Source of the DNA: Raja brachyura
Lineage: Eukaryota
Assembly: GCA_963514005.1 (NCBI GenBank)
Contig: OY740790.1
Location: forward strand, 37,882,001-37,946,000
DNA: 64,000 bases
Reading direction: 5' to 3'
How positions within the stretch are numbered: position 1 is the stretch's first letter; every line of letters begins with the position of its first letter. The translations under genes were made by a program, and so were the position numbers. This document shows, in pieces, positions 26,601 to 40,315 of the stretch. The notes under the pieces are model-generated. The model was not told the origin of the DNA. It searched no databases and was given only the letters and a program-made list of their open reading frames with translations.

Positions 26601-29600
26601 CTAGGTTGAAATAGAGTCTGAATCCTCCATAGTCAAGTTTAAGTGGAATTAATATTTAGACCTCAGACTGGTGATTTTATTTTTAAACCTAAATTTTCCC
26701 CTAAGTTTTTTTGTTTGTAGCATCTGTTTTATGCCTTTTTATTAATTGAAATTAAAGCATCCAACAAAAAGCATACATTGATCTTCAGTAACCAAAGGAT
26801 TTTTTGGCGGCAAACATCTAATGTACACTACTTATCATATGACTTATTTCAATGTAACTTTTATGCAAATTGGCTAATGTATCTGATAATACTTTGATAA
26901 TGCAGCGTATTGTATGATCCATAAATTGGATCAAGCTGAAAAGAGGAGATTGCAGATCAAAATTAACCTTTACAGGTTTTTATTTACTTGGTAACCATTC
27001 GATCACTAGTTTTACTTTACATCAACTGAATGTCTTTCCTAATGCCCCATGTTATCTGCAAAGAATTAGGTGAGAAATATCGAAGCTTATGTGTATGCAT
27101 TACCATCAGTGTTAAAAGATCTGATTAGTGAAGCTAAGCTGTTCTAGGTAGATGTGAATCTTGAAATTATTTCTGGACCGATGCAACCTATCCACATTCA
27201 TAATTAGCAACCCTAGAGTATGTTAACATTAATTGCCATGAAGGACTGCGGGACTAAATATATTGGAATGAGGGCTCAGAAATGAGCAGAAATTTTAGAA
27301 CAATTAAAATCAACAAGCTCAACAATCCAGAGTGTAAAATCTGTACTGAACATTGGAAATTTGTACTGAAAATTTGAATTTCTCAAGAAACAATATGCTA
27401 GAAGTTGTCATAAATGGTAGATCTAGAGAATACATTCTTAGCATTAGCATCAGTTTAGATTGAAATTTTATGCAGTGCACATGAAAAGGAGGCATAGAGA
27501 TAAAGGGTGCAAAAATGATTGAATTGTTTTTGTTTTTTGGGACATATTAGACTAGAGAACCTTTGCTAATCCTGTAATGTCATGTTTTCCCTTGTGTGTG
27601 ATTGTAAATCATTCCACAATCAAAATATTAATAATATTTTTGCATTACTTGTAAGAAAATATTATGCTTATTTAATGGTAATGTATTTCTATGAAAGATT
27701 TTGAAATAAGTGGTGTTGAGAAAATTGCAGTAATTCTGACTGAGAATGGAAACTCAAATATTTGCAAGAATAAACTTTTTAAACATTACATATCCGAACC
27801 GTACTAGTTTAAAATTTGTCATTAATAGTTGCTCCCAAAACTTTGATGTCGCTAAAACAATATTTTGATAAGGAAGAGCATGCAATTATCTTTAAATCCA
27901 CAAGTGCAAATGGTTGGGAGGCCCTACAGGTCCTTGGTATATAAGTCATCAGCAGCCACATGTTTTATCTTAACAAAGCCTTGAATATCTAAAGGGCAAT
28001 TTACACCACTTTTGAACGGCAGCAGTTTTACATTTCCCTTTGTTTCCAAGGCATGATGAATAACAATAATTTTCAGCTATTTATGGTGAATGTGGTGGAA
28101 ACCACACTCTTTGTTGTGGTCAGTGCAGTACACAACAGGGCTGAACATTTCTCTCAGTTACAGTTTTGGCTTCGCTGCTAGGAGACCCCAACGCATGGAT
28201 TGGTGCAGATTTTGACACTGGCTCTAATCCACTTCTGCTGCCAGTTACAGACACAGTCAGTGAATTAATGTTGGAATTTGGTTTTGGAAGTTGTTAATGT
28301 TAATATTTTATATTGAAACCATGGCAATAATTCTTTAAACTTCTGTGGTTTTCGTTTTAACCTACTTCAACAATGTAGTCTTCTTTGTATCATATTTTGG
28401 CCTTTTCAAAAGTCTTGCTTCACTTTCAAATCTTACTTGATACAAAATAAATTTACAAAACAATTTGTAAATGGATATAGTTTGGAATCTTGAAATCTTA
28501 TAACACACAAACATACATACATACATACACAAACAGAATTTATTTATTTTAAATGTCTTTGTTTTCATTTATGCATGTTGGAGCTTGGGGTGATGGGTAC
28601 AAAGGCATAGTCGAACAAGTGGGTGCAGACGATTGTGTCTCCATAAAGTCCTTAATGTGAAATTCTGTCCAGAGAGGAAGCTTGTGCCAGGAAGTGCTAC
28701 ATCTGACATGTTGATACTTTACGCATCTGACTCTCCTTTTGCTGCTTCAGGCTGACCATTCTCTGAAGATTATGTATGTACATCCACACAGGGCAGTTAA
28801 TTTGGAAATCCTCTTGAAGGATTAAAGAAATTGCTGAACAAAAGAGTGAAAACAAGAGGAAAAAGAGACACTAGTTCGCAAATATGTCGTGACCATCTTC
28901 TGGGGAACGGCAATTATTTTTAAAAGACAATAAAGATACAGATACATTAAAAATGAACTAAAAGCTTATTTAAGAAAATCTCCTTTTTAATATGTTTTCA
29001 ACTTTTTTTATGGGGATTTGATTGACTTTTAGGACAAGCTTTGAGAGTTCTGTAAAGTGTGTCTACGTGATGGCTAACTGGTATTAAATGTATCTCTTGT
29101 CAGAATACAAAATGGATACTGTTTCTTTCATAGAGATAAAATCTCTTCTTGTTGCTTACAATAATCAAAGTTTTTATCTCCATTTCTGCCTTTTCATGGA
29201 CCTCAAGCGTGGAAACCTTTTCATATAAACCTTTAATTTTCATAATTCAAAAAGAATCAAGATGAAAATCCTGTTTAGATTGAACCCCTTCCTCCAGATG
29301 AGGAAATATTTTAAAGTGGGATCCTCACTGTTCATTTTAAACAATATTTCAAAAAATAATTGCAATTAATGTTTAACATATTTCTTAATCATTTGCCTAT
29401 TTATATCTAGTTCTCTTAGGTTTGAGTAAGCATTAGGACTTTTTGATAAATTGTTGCAAGGTATAATGCGAGGAAGGCTGCACAGTTAAAATGATGGTGA
29501 GCGAGTTGCACTAATATGATGACTAGGTTCCTCCCTACTTCCTGACCTTCGCACCATTCACCTAGCAGCGGATCACTACTTTTTCACCCCATGAAAGGAT

Positions 29601-31575
29601 CTAAGACATCATTCATGTTCAATCACGTTTTACATCCAGCGTTCTAGAATTTGCAAATTTTGCTTTTTCGGAAAAAAAAATAAATTACAAAATGGATCTT
29701 TTTATAGATAATGGCTTGTCAACTCATTACATATATTTCTTTATACTGACAATGAATGTATAATCAATCAAATTTATTTTGAATTGTATCATACTATGTT
29801 GATATTCTGTTACGAAGCAGTGTTTGACTATATATAACAGCTGCCAAATGACATTCCATGTTGCCCATTCAAATAGTTAAGAAAAGCAGAATATTTGAAT
29901 AACTCTGCTGTTTAAAGAAATCTAGTACAAAGTGTTGAAAGTTTACTTTTGAGTTTTATAAATAATTTTCTGAAAATCATTGTAACGTGGTATGGCAATG
30001 CGTTTTTTTTTCACATTGGTTGCATTCAAGTGTTCATGCATTGGCACATCCTGATTTTACTCTTTTGTGCGACCGACTACGCAGCCAACATTTTTTTTTA
30101 AAGCTTCCTCTATCCCTTCTTGGCAAATGAAAGCACTGGGTAGCCATGACATGAATGCTGGTGAGAACAATATGGTTTAATGTTTTTGGAGTTGTGAAAT
30201 GTTGACAATACTGGAAGAAAAAAATGCAGCAATAATAGGCGTTCAAAAATATTCAGTGGATCATGTACATTGCAATTAAAGTGCAGAATAATGTGAAAGA
30301 TCAATGGGGATTTCTGCACAGTTATCGCATTTTAGCAAACTCGCTCTGTCCAGCAAATTAGTTAGAGGGATCTTTGATCAATTTTTGAGTTTCATTCTTC
30401 AAATCACAGCGCCTGTGTAAGTGGCATGTGAAATATTTAATTAAACTGGGATTTATTTTCACTTATGTCCCAATGTTTGTTCTCTGCCCCTATCCCTTTG
30501 TCTGTCTGTCTATTTTCCTTCAATCCAATTACACCCGATGGCTGCGAACCTATACCACGATTATTTCTCCAGATGTTGGCACAGTTTTGTGGGCAATGAC
30601 ATTTTCAATGGATTTTTCCACCATAAATGGTCCCTTATAATTAATTGACATGAAATGACTTCTGCTTTTTCTCCCCTCCCACATTGCGAGCTCCCTTCTC
30701 CCACAAAGTCCCCCTCCCCAACTTCCCATTTTAAAGGAGGCCTGCTTCTATCAGTTGCTCCATCTTGTGGTCTAACTGAGAACCAGCAATAAATATCGTT
30801 TAACGAGGTTTACAGAAGTGATTTAAATAAATCCTAACTGTACTCTTTTGTCTAACTGACCTTTTTCTTGACTCTCCCAATGATTTGGTAATTGCCAACA
30901 TTAGGCAGTATCTTGCATCATTCACTGTTTGATTATGACGAAAAAGTGCACCATTATATTGAATTAAAATATAATGCATTTTTTCATTTCTATGTTAAAA
31001 TATTTAGGTCAAGCCAGTTGTTTTAAAGAGTCCATTACTTAAAGCCTATTCCACAAGTTTGATGGTGCAAAGAAGGCATAATGTTTTGAGGTTCTTCAGT
31101 GATGGTTTAACAGTTAGAAGGCTCTGTAGTAAGAGTGATATCAAGAATGGGATATCACTCAATTGTATGGGTTATAGTCAGGGGAGTTGTTGGTAAAGAG
31201 GTGGGTATTGCTCTGACAGATGTTGGAAAACACAACCAGTGTTAGCTACGTCCATTTATTTGTGTTGTTCTCTGAATCTTCTTGACTCTGGTTTTGCCGA
31301 TTCATCGATTAAATTAGAGTGTTGGTGGTGTATTGTGGGTTTTCCTTGACAAGAAGGCGGAGTGTGGTTTAGTATATGGAAGGTGGGCTACTGCATTGCA
31401 TTTCTATGTTTTAATTCAACAACCCTTAATCTCCCAAAACCCCAGGCATTGGAGCTCAAGGACACTCTTTCACCAATGTCTGATATGGGTCTCTACATTA
31501 AAATAGATCATTTAGACACAGTGGGATTGCTGTGGATATTTCCTTCACCATGCCCTCCCCACCCCACTTCCCACA

Positions 31576-32790
31576 CATAGAACCATAGAAACTTAGAAAA
31601 TAGGTGCAGGAGGTGGCCATTCGGCCCTTCGAGCCAGCACCGCCATTCATTGTGAGCATGGCTCATCGTCCCCAATCAATAACCTGTGCCTGTTTTCTCC
31701 CAATATCCCTTGATTCCACTAGCCCCTAGAGCTCGATCTAACTCTCTCTTCAATCCATCCAGTGATTTGGCCTCCATTGCTCTCTGTGGCAGGGAATTCC
31801 ACAAATTCACAACTCTCTGGGTGAAAATATTTTTTTCTCACCTCAATCTTAAATGACCTCCCCTTTATTCTAAGACTGTGGCCCCTGGTTCTGGACTCGC
31901 CCAACATTGGGAACATTTTCCCTGCATCTAGCTTGCCCAGTCCTTTCATAATTTTATATGTTTCATAAGAACCCCTCTCATACTTCTAAAATCCAGTGAA
32001 TACAAGCCTAGTCTTTTCAATCTTTCCTCATATGACAGTCCCACCATCCCAGGGATCAATCTCGTGAACCTACACTGCACTGCCTCAATCCCAAGGATGT
32101 CCTTTCTCAAATTAGGAGACCAAAACTGTACACAATACTCCAGATGTGGTCTCACCAGAGCCCTGTACAACTGTAGAAGAACCTCTCTACTCCTATACTG
32201 AAATCCTCTTGTTATGAAGGTCAACATTCCATTCGCTTTCTTCACTGCCTGCTGTACCTGCACACCAACTTTCAGTGACCGGTGTACAAGGATGCCCAGG
32301 TCTCATTGTACCTCCCCCTTACCTAACCTAACCCCATTGAGATAATAATCTGCCCCCTTGTTTTTGCCTCCAAAGTGGATAACCTCACATTTATCTATAT
32401 TATATTGCATCTGCCACGCATCTGCCCACTCACTCAACCTGTGCAGTTCACCCTGCAACCTCCTAACATCCTCTTCACAGTTCACACTGCCACCCAGCTT
32501 TGTGTCATCCACAAACTTGCTAGTGTTGCTCCTAATTCCCTCTTCCAAATCATTAATATATATGGTAAACAGTTGCGGCCCCAACACCGAGCCTTGCGAC
32601 ACTCCACTCACCACAGCCTGCCATTCTGAAAAGGACCCGTTCACTCCTACTCTTTGCTTCCTGTCTGCCAACCAATTTTCTATCCACGTCAACACCCTAC
32701 CCGCAATACCATGTGCTCTAATTTTAGTCACAAGTCTCCCATGCGGGACCTTATCAAAGGCTTTCTGAAAGTCTAGATACACTACATCCT
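31576..32790 (-). mobile_element. 5'-truncated CR1-clade LINE (RT domain, 3' UTR, 8-bp repeat tail)
   Basis: ORFs 32303-32782, 31946-32263 and 31719-31949 give YLDFQKAFDKVPH, GVSQGSVLGPQLF, KFVDDTKLG, RPHLEYCVQFWSP; tail catagaaccatagaaac = (TTTCTATG)n-like on the minus strand. Confidence 0.92.
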
Positions 32791-33934
32791 AATCATCATT
32801 CCCCTGTCTTCTCCCTAAATTCCCTGACACCCACACTAATCAGTATTTAAAAATGTCCTTCAAAAACCTAAATGTTTCTTGAACAAGTAACAGTAGGGAT
32901 GAAAATGATATCCAATGACATTGATTATACTTTCCCAAAAAATGGTTTATTTTTGCCTGAAATACCAGCACTTCAAATAATTATAATTTCTCAATATCAG
33001 AAAAAAAAGTTATGTAATAGCTAATGTTGTGCAAATATAAAGACAATGGATCTACTAAGAAACTGCAAGATCTTTATAGAACCCCTGCATGCTTTGGCAT
33101 GTTTACTTTTTGATGTCCCTCAACAATTATGGTATTTCTAGTGTTCTGCTGCTATGTGTTGTGAAGGAGCTTATTCTTTCATAGCAAGAACCTGTAGAAT
33201 ATGATTATTGAAGTGATGTGGGTAGAATGAAAGTAATATTTATAGTTGGCCATTGTCCCTTGTGGTTAAAATAAGGCTTTTGTATTACAGAGGCCTACTC
33301 CGTGGGTTTTGGTGTTTCACAGTGGTTAACTTGAGAGTAGGCCATTAAAATAACTCAGACATTTTCAGAAATGGCAATAAACCAAACCATAACATTCATT
33401 GTGTTATTTTCTATGTTGTTTCTTTTTGGTTCCAAATAAGATGTCAGCTTAAAAGCTGCATCTTATTTTATCGTTAATAAAACTAGGTTTCCAAAGACAA
33501 TGCTCCTTCCAAAACATTTGTAGCAAGTGATTGTTTTGGAAGATTTGGGCTATTTCTAATTTAACGCTGTTAAAATAGATGAACAGGTTGCTGCGGGATG
33601 TATCTGGTGTGGCTGCTATAATTGTCCATAACAGCAGTGGCTCTTACATTTTGAATGCTTCAAGAAATATTTTCAACATCTGTACAATTCTCATGAAAGA
33701 AAATCCCTCATAAAGGGTATGTTTGCTGTTTGTTACTTATAGTTGAACAAATGAGGAAAGTTTTCCCACACAGTATTAGTTTGTTAGGGGGTTTGCTTTT
33801 TTTAAACAATTTAGAAAATAATCTTTCCCTATTATTCCCTATTAGGATTATTTTGTCACTGGTTTGATTTTTTGAGTCAGAATTTAACAGAAACAAGTAA
33901 ACCGTTAAAAAAATATAAAACTGGACCATTTATC

Positions 33935-34060
33935 CACAGTTATCGAGGAATGCAGATGTAGGGAGAAGAAAATGAGACAAATGTAGGATTACTGTAGTGG
34001 ATGGATGATGGCTGCCATGGACACAATGGGCTGAAGGGCTTATCTCTCCATGACTCTATG
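33935..34060 (+). mobile_element. SINE/CR1-type 3' end (HE1-like)
   Basis: catggacacaatgggctgaagggcttatctctccatgactctatg, the shared CR1/SINE 3' terminus. Confidence 0.45.
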
Positions 34061-35559
34061 GAAATTAAATTCCTTATCAAATATAATAAATTGGTTGTTC
34101 CACAGAATAAACCAGGAATTTTGACTGATACATTTTTATTCATTCCTTCGATTCATGTTATTTTTTTAAATTTCACCCACACAAACTAGTAGTAAAACGA
34201 CAGACCAACACATTAGAAAATAATTCCATTTAATACTTTCCCAGATACAACAAGGATATATTTTTACGCAATTTCTTGTCTGGTTTAGTATATAATGGAA
34301 TCTTAGTTATAGACCAGGACTAATTTGATATTTTTCAAAAAGTTGCATTGTTTAATATAATGTGTAGATATATCTTCATTACTAAATATCAAAACTTAAT
34401 TTGTTCATATGTATTGGAAATAAATGCTCTTACCGTTTAGCTTGATTATACATTAACAAAAGTATATTTGTATATTTCAAACTGATACAGCTGTTTACTC
34501 TACAAAAGTTACTATTTCAAGATTATTGTATGGACATATTTCAATTTTTTTTGCTCTATTAAAAACTGCATACATTATAATTTCTCAATAAAAATATAAA
34601 AATAGTACTATCTTAAATATTATGCTGTATATAGATAAAGCTGTGGTATCTTCCCTCTTCCCAGTTATAGTTGAATGAGCCATGATGTAAGAGCTTGTTT
34701 AAATTGACAAAGAATAGTGACCCATGTGAGAATAGCTTCAGATAGGACTGATCATTTCCTCCTGCATGCCGACTAATTTTGCATTTCCACTCCAACATTG
34801 CCTGGGAACTAGTGGTTTTAATAACTAGATAATGTGCTGTTATTCTGTCCATTTAAATTCTCAATTAAATTTATGCAGTATTGTTCCTGGACTGTCCTTT
34901 TATTGTTTCATTTTGTTGGTGACGAAGTGTGAAAACTTAATTATTTTAAAGGCGATTGAACCGTCTGTTCCCCTCACCTGCAGCATATGAACCTTATTTC
35001 ATTAACACGGGTTGCTCTGTTCTGTATGATCTTTAAAACATAGAATGTTACAAAAAATAATAAAAGCATGGAGCACAGGTCAAAGAACTGCTTCTCGTCG
35101 AAAATGTTCATGTAGGAGATGAATGAAATGTGGGAAATTAATACATTTGTTCCCATTAGATCATACACGAAAATATGCCAGAGATTTTTATGAGATGTAG
35201 GAGATTAGGCCGAGTTGGAAATGTATTACGTATATTAAATATCCGATTTTTGAAATATGTCCTAAATTCCAACTCGGAGTACCCATAACTTCAGAAGAAA
35301 TTGAGGGCAATGTTATATAATATAACCATTATATTGCCGGTTAAAAGGGAAGGATGTGAGATATCATTGTAAACACAGCTATGGTATGGCTGAGAACACA
35401 ATTAGTCAGGTGACCATTTACATTTTCAGGCAATGTTTTCCAAAAAATAATTATTTATTGCATTAAGAAAATAAATGTTTTCATGATGCCTTGAAACTTT
35501 TGCTGATTGCTTTAATTCAGAGTCATCCGGCTCTGCTACTGGGGAAAAAAAATCTCTCT

Positions 35560-36180
35560 AATCTAAACTTCTATCAAATTTCCTCGGCATCCTCTTTTCC
35601 TGCAAGAAAACAACCTTAAATTCTGTAGTCTGTCCTCATAATTGAAAATCCTCTCTCCTGGAAAGATTCCAGTAAATCTTGTCTGTACTCTCCAGGGCCT
35701 TCAGAACCTTCCTAAAGTGCAGTGACCAGAATTGGGCACAATACTCTGGTTGTGGCCTAATGAGGATTTTTATAAAGGTTCAACAAAACCGTGTTGTTTT
35801 TGTAATTTATGCATGTGTTTACAAAGGCCAGGATAGCAGATGCTTCATTAACTACGTTCTAAGCCTGTTCTGGCACTTTCAAAGATTTATACATATGTAG
35901 ACTAGCCTTCATGTCCTTGTGAAATCTACTACTATTCTCCTCATTGCTTGCCATACTTCCAAGCTTTGTGTAATCATAAGTTTTGAAATTTTACCCGGCA
36001 CATCCATGTCTACGTCAATAAAATGTATCAGCCATAGCATCTGCCCATCCAGTAATTTTTGGGAGAGCCACTGACCATGGTCGATGGTAATGTAGGGAGA
36101 ATATGTTATCAGGGGAAAGGAATTGCGGTGATCAGGCATAGGCTCGATAGACTGAATTGGCTTCCAACTTTGTCATAGGA
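35560..36180. mobile_element. Decayed CR1 fragments (minus-strand body, plus-strand 3' end)
   Basis: gaccagaattgggcacaatactc matches the EYCVQFWS segment of the 31.6-32.8 kb CR1; 36080-36180 resembles a CR1 3' end. Confidence 0.6.
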
Positions 36181-38709
36181 AAATATGACAAAATATAAGA
36201 ATGAACTCTGAAATCCAATCAAAAAACCCAAAATAGTTTTTTTTCTCTTTCGTCAATACTGCTTTGACATACAGAGACTAATATTCCTGATAATAACCAC
36301 TGCGCCAACACCTAAACTTCACATTTAAATGAAAGATTGTAATACACTGACTAAAACCAATAATGAGAATGTTGTCCGAAAGATTTCTGATTTATCTTGC
36401 ACAGTAGATTGATCTATTGTATCTATTATTCATTATAATTTAATATTGCAGAAAATTGTGATTGCTGTTGCTAAACTGACATAAAACCCATTACTTTTAG
36501 AGTTGTTAGTTTTTGGCTTGATGAGAAAATGCATATGGCCAGGCTCAGTAATTGATAGCAAGTAACTGCTTAGATATTGTTCATTATTTTTGCGTTATCA
36601 TAGCAGTTTGAGATTTGTCCAAATGCACAATAAATATTTAGAACAAATTAATATTTCAACAAGATATAAAGGCCATGTGCATTGGTAAGCTTGTTAAAGT
36701 GTGAAGTAGCACATATCTCCATAATTTTAATACAGAAGAATATTTTATTTTTATAATGAATACATTCCTTGGAGAATGCCCCCAAAATAAGTTAAAGATT
36801 ACATTCAAGCATCATAAAATTTGGTTGTACAGAAACATCACTGTGTTAAGATTTAGATTAAAATGTGCTTAAAATGTCAATCAGTCAAAGTTCAACATAA
36901 GAAAATGATTGTTTCCCACGTACATTTACAAAGTTCATGTCTGCAAGCACCACACTGGTGTTGTACTGGAACACCATTTCAGACATTTCTTTAGTAAATG
37001 TGTTATTGATCCCTCACCTGGTGATCAGCTGAAGGCTTGCTTTCATCTGACTTGTCGAACTATCTGGGAAGAACACGAAAGATGAGCTTTTATTTAGCAT
37101 TATTATAACTAGATTTATATTGAAATACCAACATTTTTAGCCATTTAGAGAAATCTCAATTGGTTGGTTCCAAAGAAGAAAAGTGCTGACAGTTTATTTT
37201 TTGAGACATTGGGAATAAAGCCCTTATTTAATATGTTATCTTCATTAACCCCTAATGAGCAGCAGAGATATTTGTACAGTATAGAAGAGTATAGAAAGAA
37301 ATCATCAGCCAGTGAAAGGTTAAGTAAACCCATGTGTACAGTACTGATTTAAATACAGTTGGAATTACTTGGCACTGGAAAGAATGTTCCCATTGATTGG
37401 CATCGATTGAATGACTTCAAATCTACCCACAAGACGACTCTTTAGAACAGCTTTGGATTGTTTCTATGGTAACTGCTCTTATCCAAGCATTGACATTATC
37501 TTTGGGTCTGGAAGGGTAAAGAGAAAACCGATACCAATCGAGGAAAATGGGGTGGTGGTGGGTAGTCGTGGGGTGCGGGGAGGCAAAGAGCGGAGGGTTT
37601 TTGTTATTTATTCGTTACATGGAAACTAATTGTTCGACATTTGCTATTTTGAAAGAAAGATGCTTGGAGAGGGGAAAATGCATAAAATAATTTTTCATTA
37701 GTTGATGAAATTAGCAAATGAATTTTTTTTTGCAATGATTAAGAATAAAGATAAATTTGCAGTAAAGTATAATGAACATTTTTTGCAAGATCCTCATTGG
37801 TGGTGTGTAATATGGATCACCAAGCAGCGATAGATCTTGGCAAAAAAGATAAAACGTCTGTACCCTAGGTGTAAATATAAGATATTAAAAGTGAGTTGTT
37901 AAGAGTACGAAGCTGCTCTGTAGTTATCCCAGTTCTTATTAATTATGTAATACACAATGGATACAAAAATTCAACAGTTGTATCTACTCAATTCACATGC
38001 TGTACCTCAATTAATGTCTGATAGTGGACCAAACATAATATTCAACTTATGCCATCACCTCTTCATTGCAGGATTCAGCTGTGCTTTTCTGCTGGAAGTC
38101 AGAATTGGCTGTGTTGTCACATTCAGATATATTTTTATATATCCGATGAGAATTGCTGGCCAATTCAATATGCACAGTGTCTGGTTGACTGAAATGCTAT
38201 TGGTGATTCCAAAATGCACATATCTGTCCATGGAGTATAATAAAATATCTGGATTTGATAGCATTGAATATCTGTAAAATACGTTCTTTCATGTAATTGG
38301 GCTTGGGATATATACATCCTTAATTTTCTAATATATACTTAGTCCATCCTTATTTAATGTCACCTATTGCCAGAATGGTCTCTGTGATGGTTGAGGTATG
38401 TAGAATAATTCATTTACTGATATCAATCACTTCCTTCCAGCTTCTTCTAGGCAGTAAGATAGGAAAATAAATTCTGAATTTTAGTGAACTTGCCTGTGAA
38501 TAATATTGATTTACGTAAAATGATTTGAATGTATATATTGTTTGAGAAAATCATCTTTATATCATGAATAGAATCAGTAATATTGTTTTATTGAAGCTTC
38601 TTAATTGTAATAATAAGCATTTGCAAGACAGCAAGCCAATTATTTTCCCATGAATTTAATGCCTTGTCACAAGGGGCATGTCACACACGGCAGGTACTTA
38701 AAGGACATA

Positions 38710-40315
38710 CAGTACCCTCCCTAATCTTTGGGACAAAGACCCATCATTTATTTATTTGCCTCTGTACTCCACAATTTGAGATTTGTAATAGAAAAAAATC
38801 ACATGTCGTTAAAGTGCATTGCTAGATTTTTTTAAAGGGTAATTTTATACATTTGACCATGTACAAATTACAGCTGTGTTTTGTACCTAGTCCCACCATT
38901 TCAGGGCACCATAATGTTTGGGACACATGGCTTCACAGGCGTTTGTAATTGTTCAGGTGCATTTAATTGCCTCCTTAATGCAGGTATAAGAGAGCTCTCA
39001 GCTCCCAGTCTTTCCTCCTTGCTGTTTATCAACATGAGGACCAATGTTGTGCCAATGAAAGTCAAAGAAGGCATTATGAGACTGAGAAACATGAATAAAA
39101 CTGTTAGAGATATCAGCCAAACCTTAGGTTTACCAAAATCAACTGTTTGGAACATCATAAAGAAGAAAGCAAGCACTGATGAGCTTACTAATCACAAAGG
39201 GACTGGCAGACCAAGGAAGACCTCCACAGCTGATGACAGATGAATTCTCTTTATAATATACAAAAACTGCCAGTCTGACAGAGCAGAAACACTCTTCAGG
39301 AGTCTGGTGTCGATTTGTCAATGACCACTATCCACAGAAGACTTCATGAACAGAAATAGAGAGGCTACACCGCAAGGTGCAAACCACTGGTTAGCTGCAA
39401 AATGAGGATGGCCGGATTACAGTTTGCCAAGAAGTACTTCAAAGAGCAACCACAGTTCTGGAAAAAGGTCTTGTGGACAGTTGAGGTGAAGATTAACATA
39501 TCAGAGTGATGGCGAGAGCAAAGTATGGAGGAGAGAAGGAATTGCCCAAGATCCAAAGCATACCACCTCATCTGTGAAACACAGTGGTGGGGGGTGTTAT
39601 GGCCTAGGCATGTATGGCTGCTGAGGTGGTATGCTCAGTTGTATCATCAATCTTCATTAATGACACAACTGCAGATGGTAGTAGAATTCTGAAGTGTATA
39701 GATACATATCTGCTCAAGTTCAAACAAATGCCTCAAAACTCATTGGCCGGCGGTTCATTCCACAGCAAGAAAATGATCCCAAACATACTGCTAAAACATC
39801 AAAGGAGTTTTTCAAAGCAAAAAATTGTCAATTCTTGAGTGGCGGTCGATCACCCGATCTGAACCCTATTGAGCATGCGTTTTATATGCTGAAGAGAAAT
39901 TTGAAGGGGATTAGCCCCCAAAACTAGCATAAGCTAAAGATGGCTGCAATACAGGCCTGGCAGAGCATCAGCAGAGAAGACACCCAGCAACTGGTTATGT
40001 CCATGACTCGCAGACTTCAAGCAGTCATTGTATGCAAAGGATATGCAACAAAATACTAAACATGACTACTTTCATTTACATGACATTGCTGTGTCCCAAA
40101 CATTATGGTGCCTAAAATGGGGGGACTATGTATAAACACTGCTGTAATTTCTACACAGTGAAAACAAAATGTATAAAAATACCCTTAAATAAAATCTGAC
40201 AATGTGCACTTTAACCACATGTGATTTTTTTTTCTATTACATATCTCAAATTGTGGGGTACAGAGGGAAATAAACACATTATGGGCCTTTGTCCCAAACA
40301 TTATGGAGGGCACTG
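38710..40315 (+). mobile_element. Full-length Tc1 DNA transposon (IR/DR type), 1606 bp
   Basis: TA|CAGT...ACTG|TA ends; ~220-bp TIRs with outer and inner direct repeats (taat.tttgggaca ~38723 and ~38912, mirrored ~40091 and ~40290). Confidence 0.93.
39034..40059 (+). pseudogene. Tc1 transposase pseudogene
   Basis: HTH (RDISQTLGLPKSTVWNIIKK), GRPRKT, QQENDPKHT, SPDLNPIEH and terminal TKY*; interrupted by stops and frameshifts. Confidence 0.9.

Noticed and set aside
32358-32768. Plus-strand ORFs over the CR1 (and likewise 43758-44075 over the Rex1)
   Set aside because: Antisense shadows of retroelement RT sequence.
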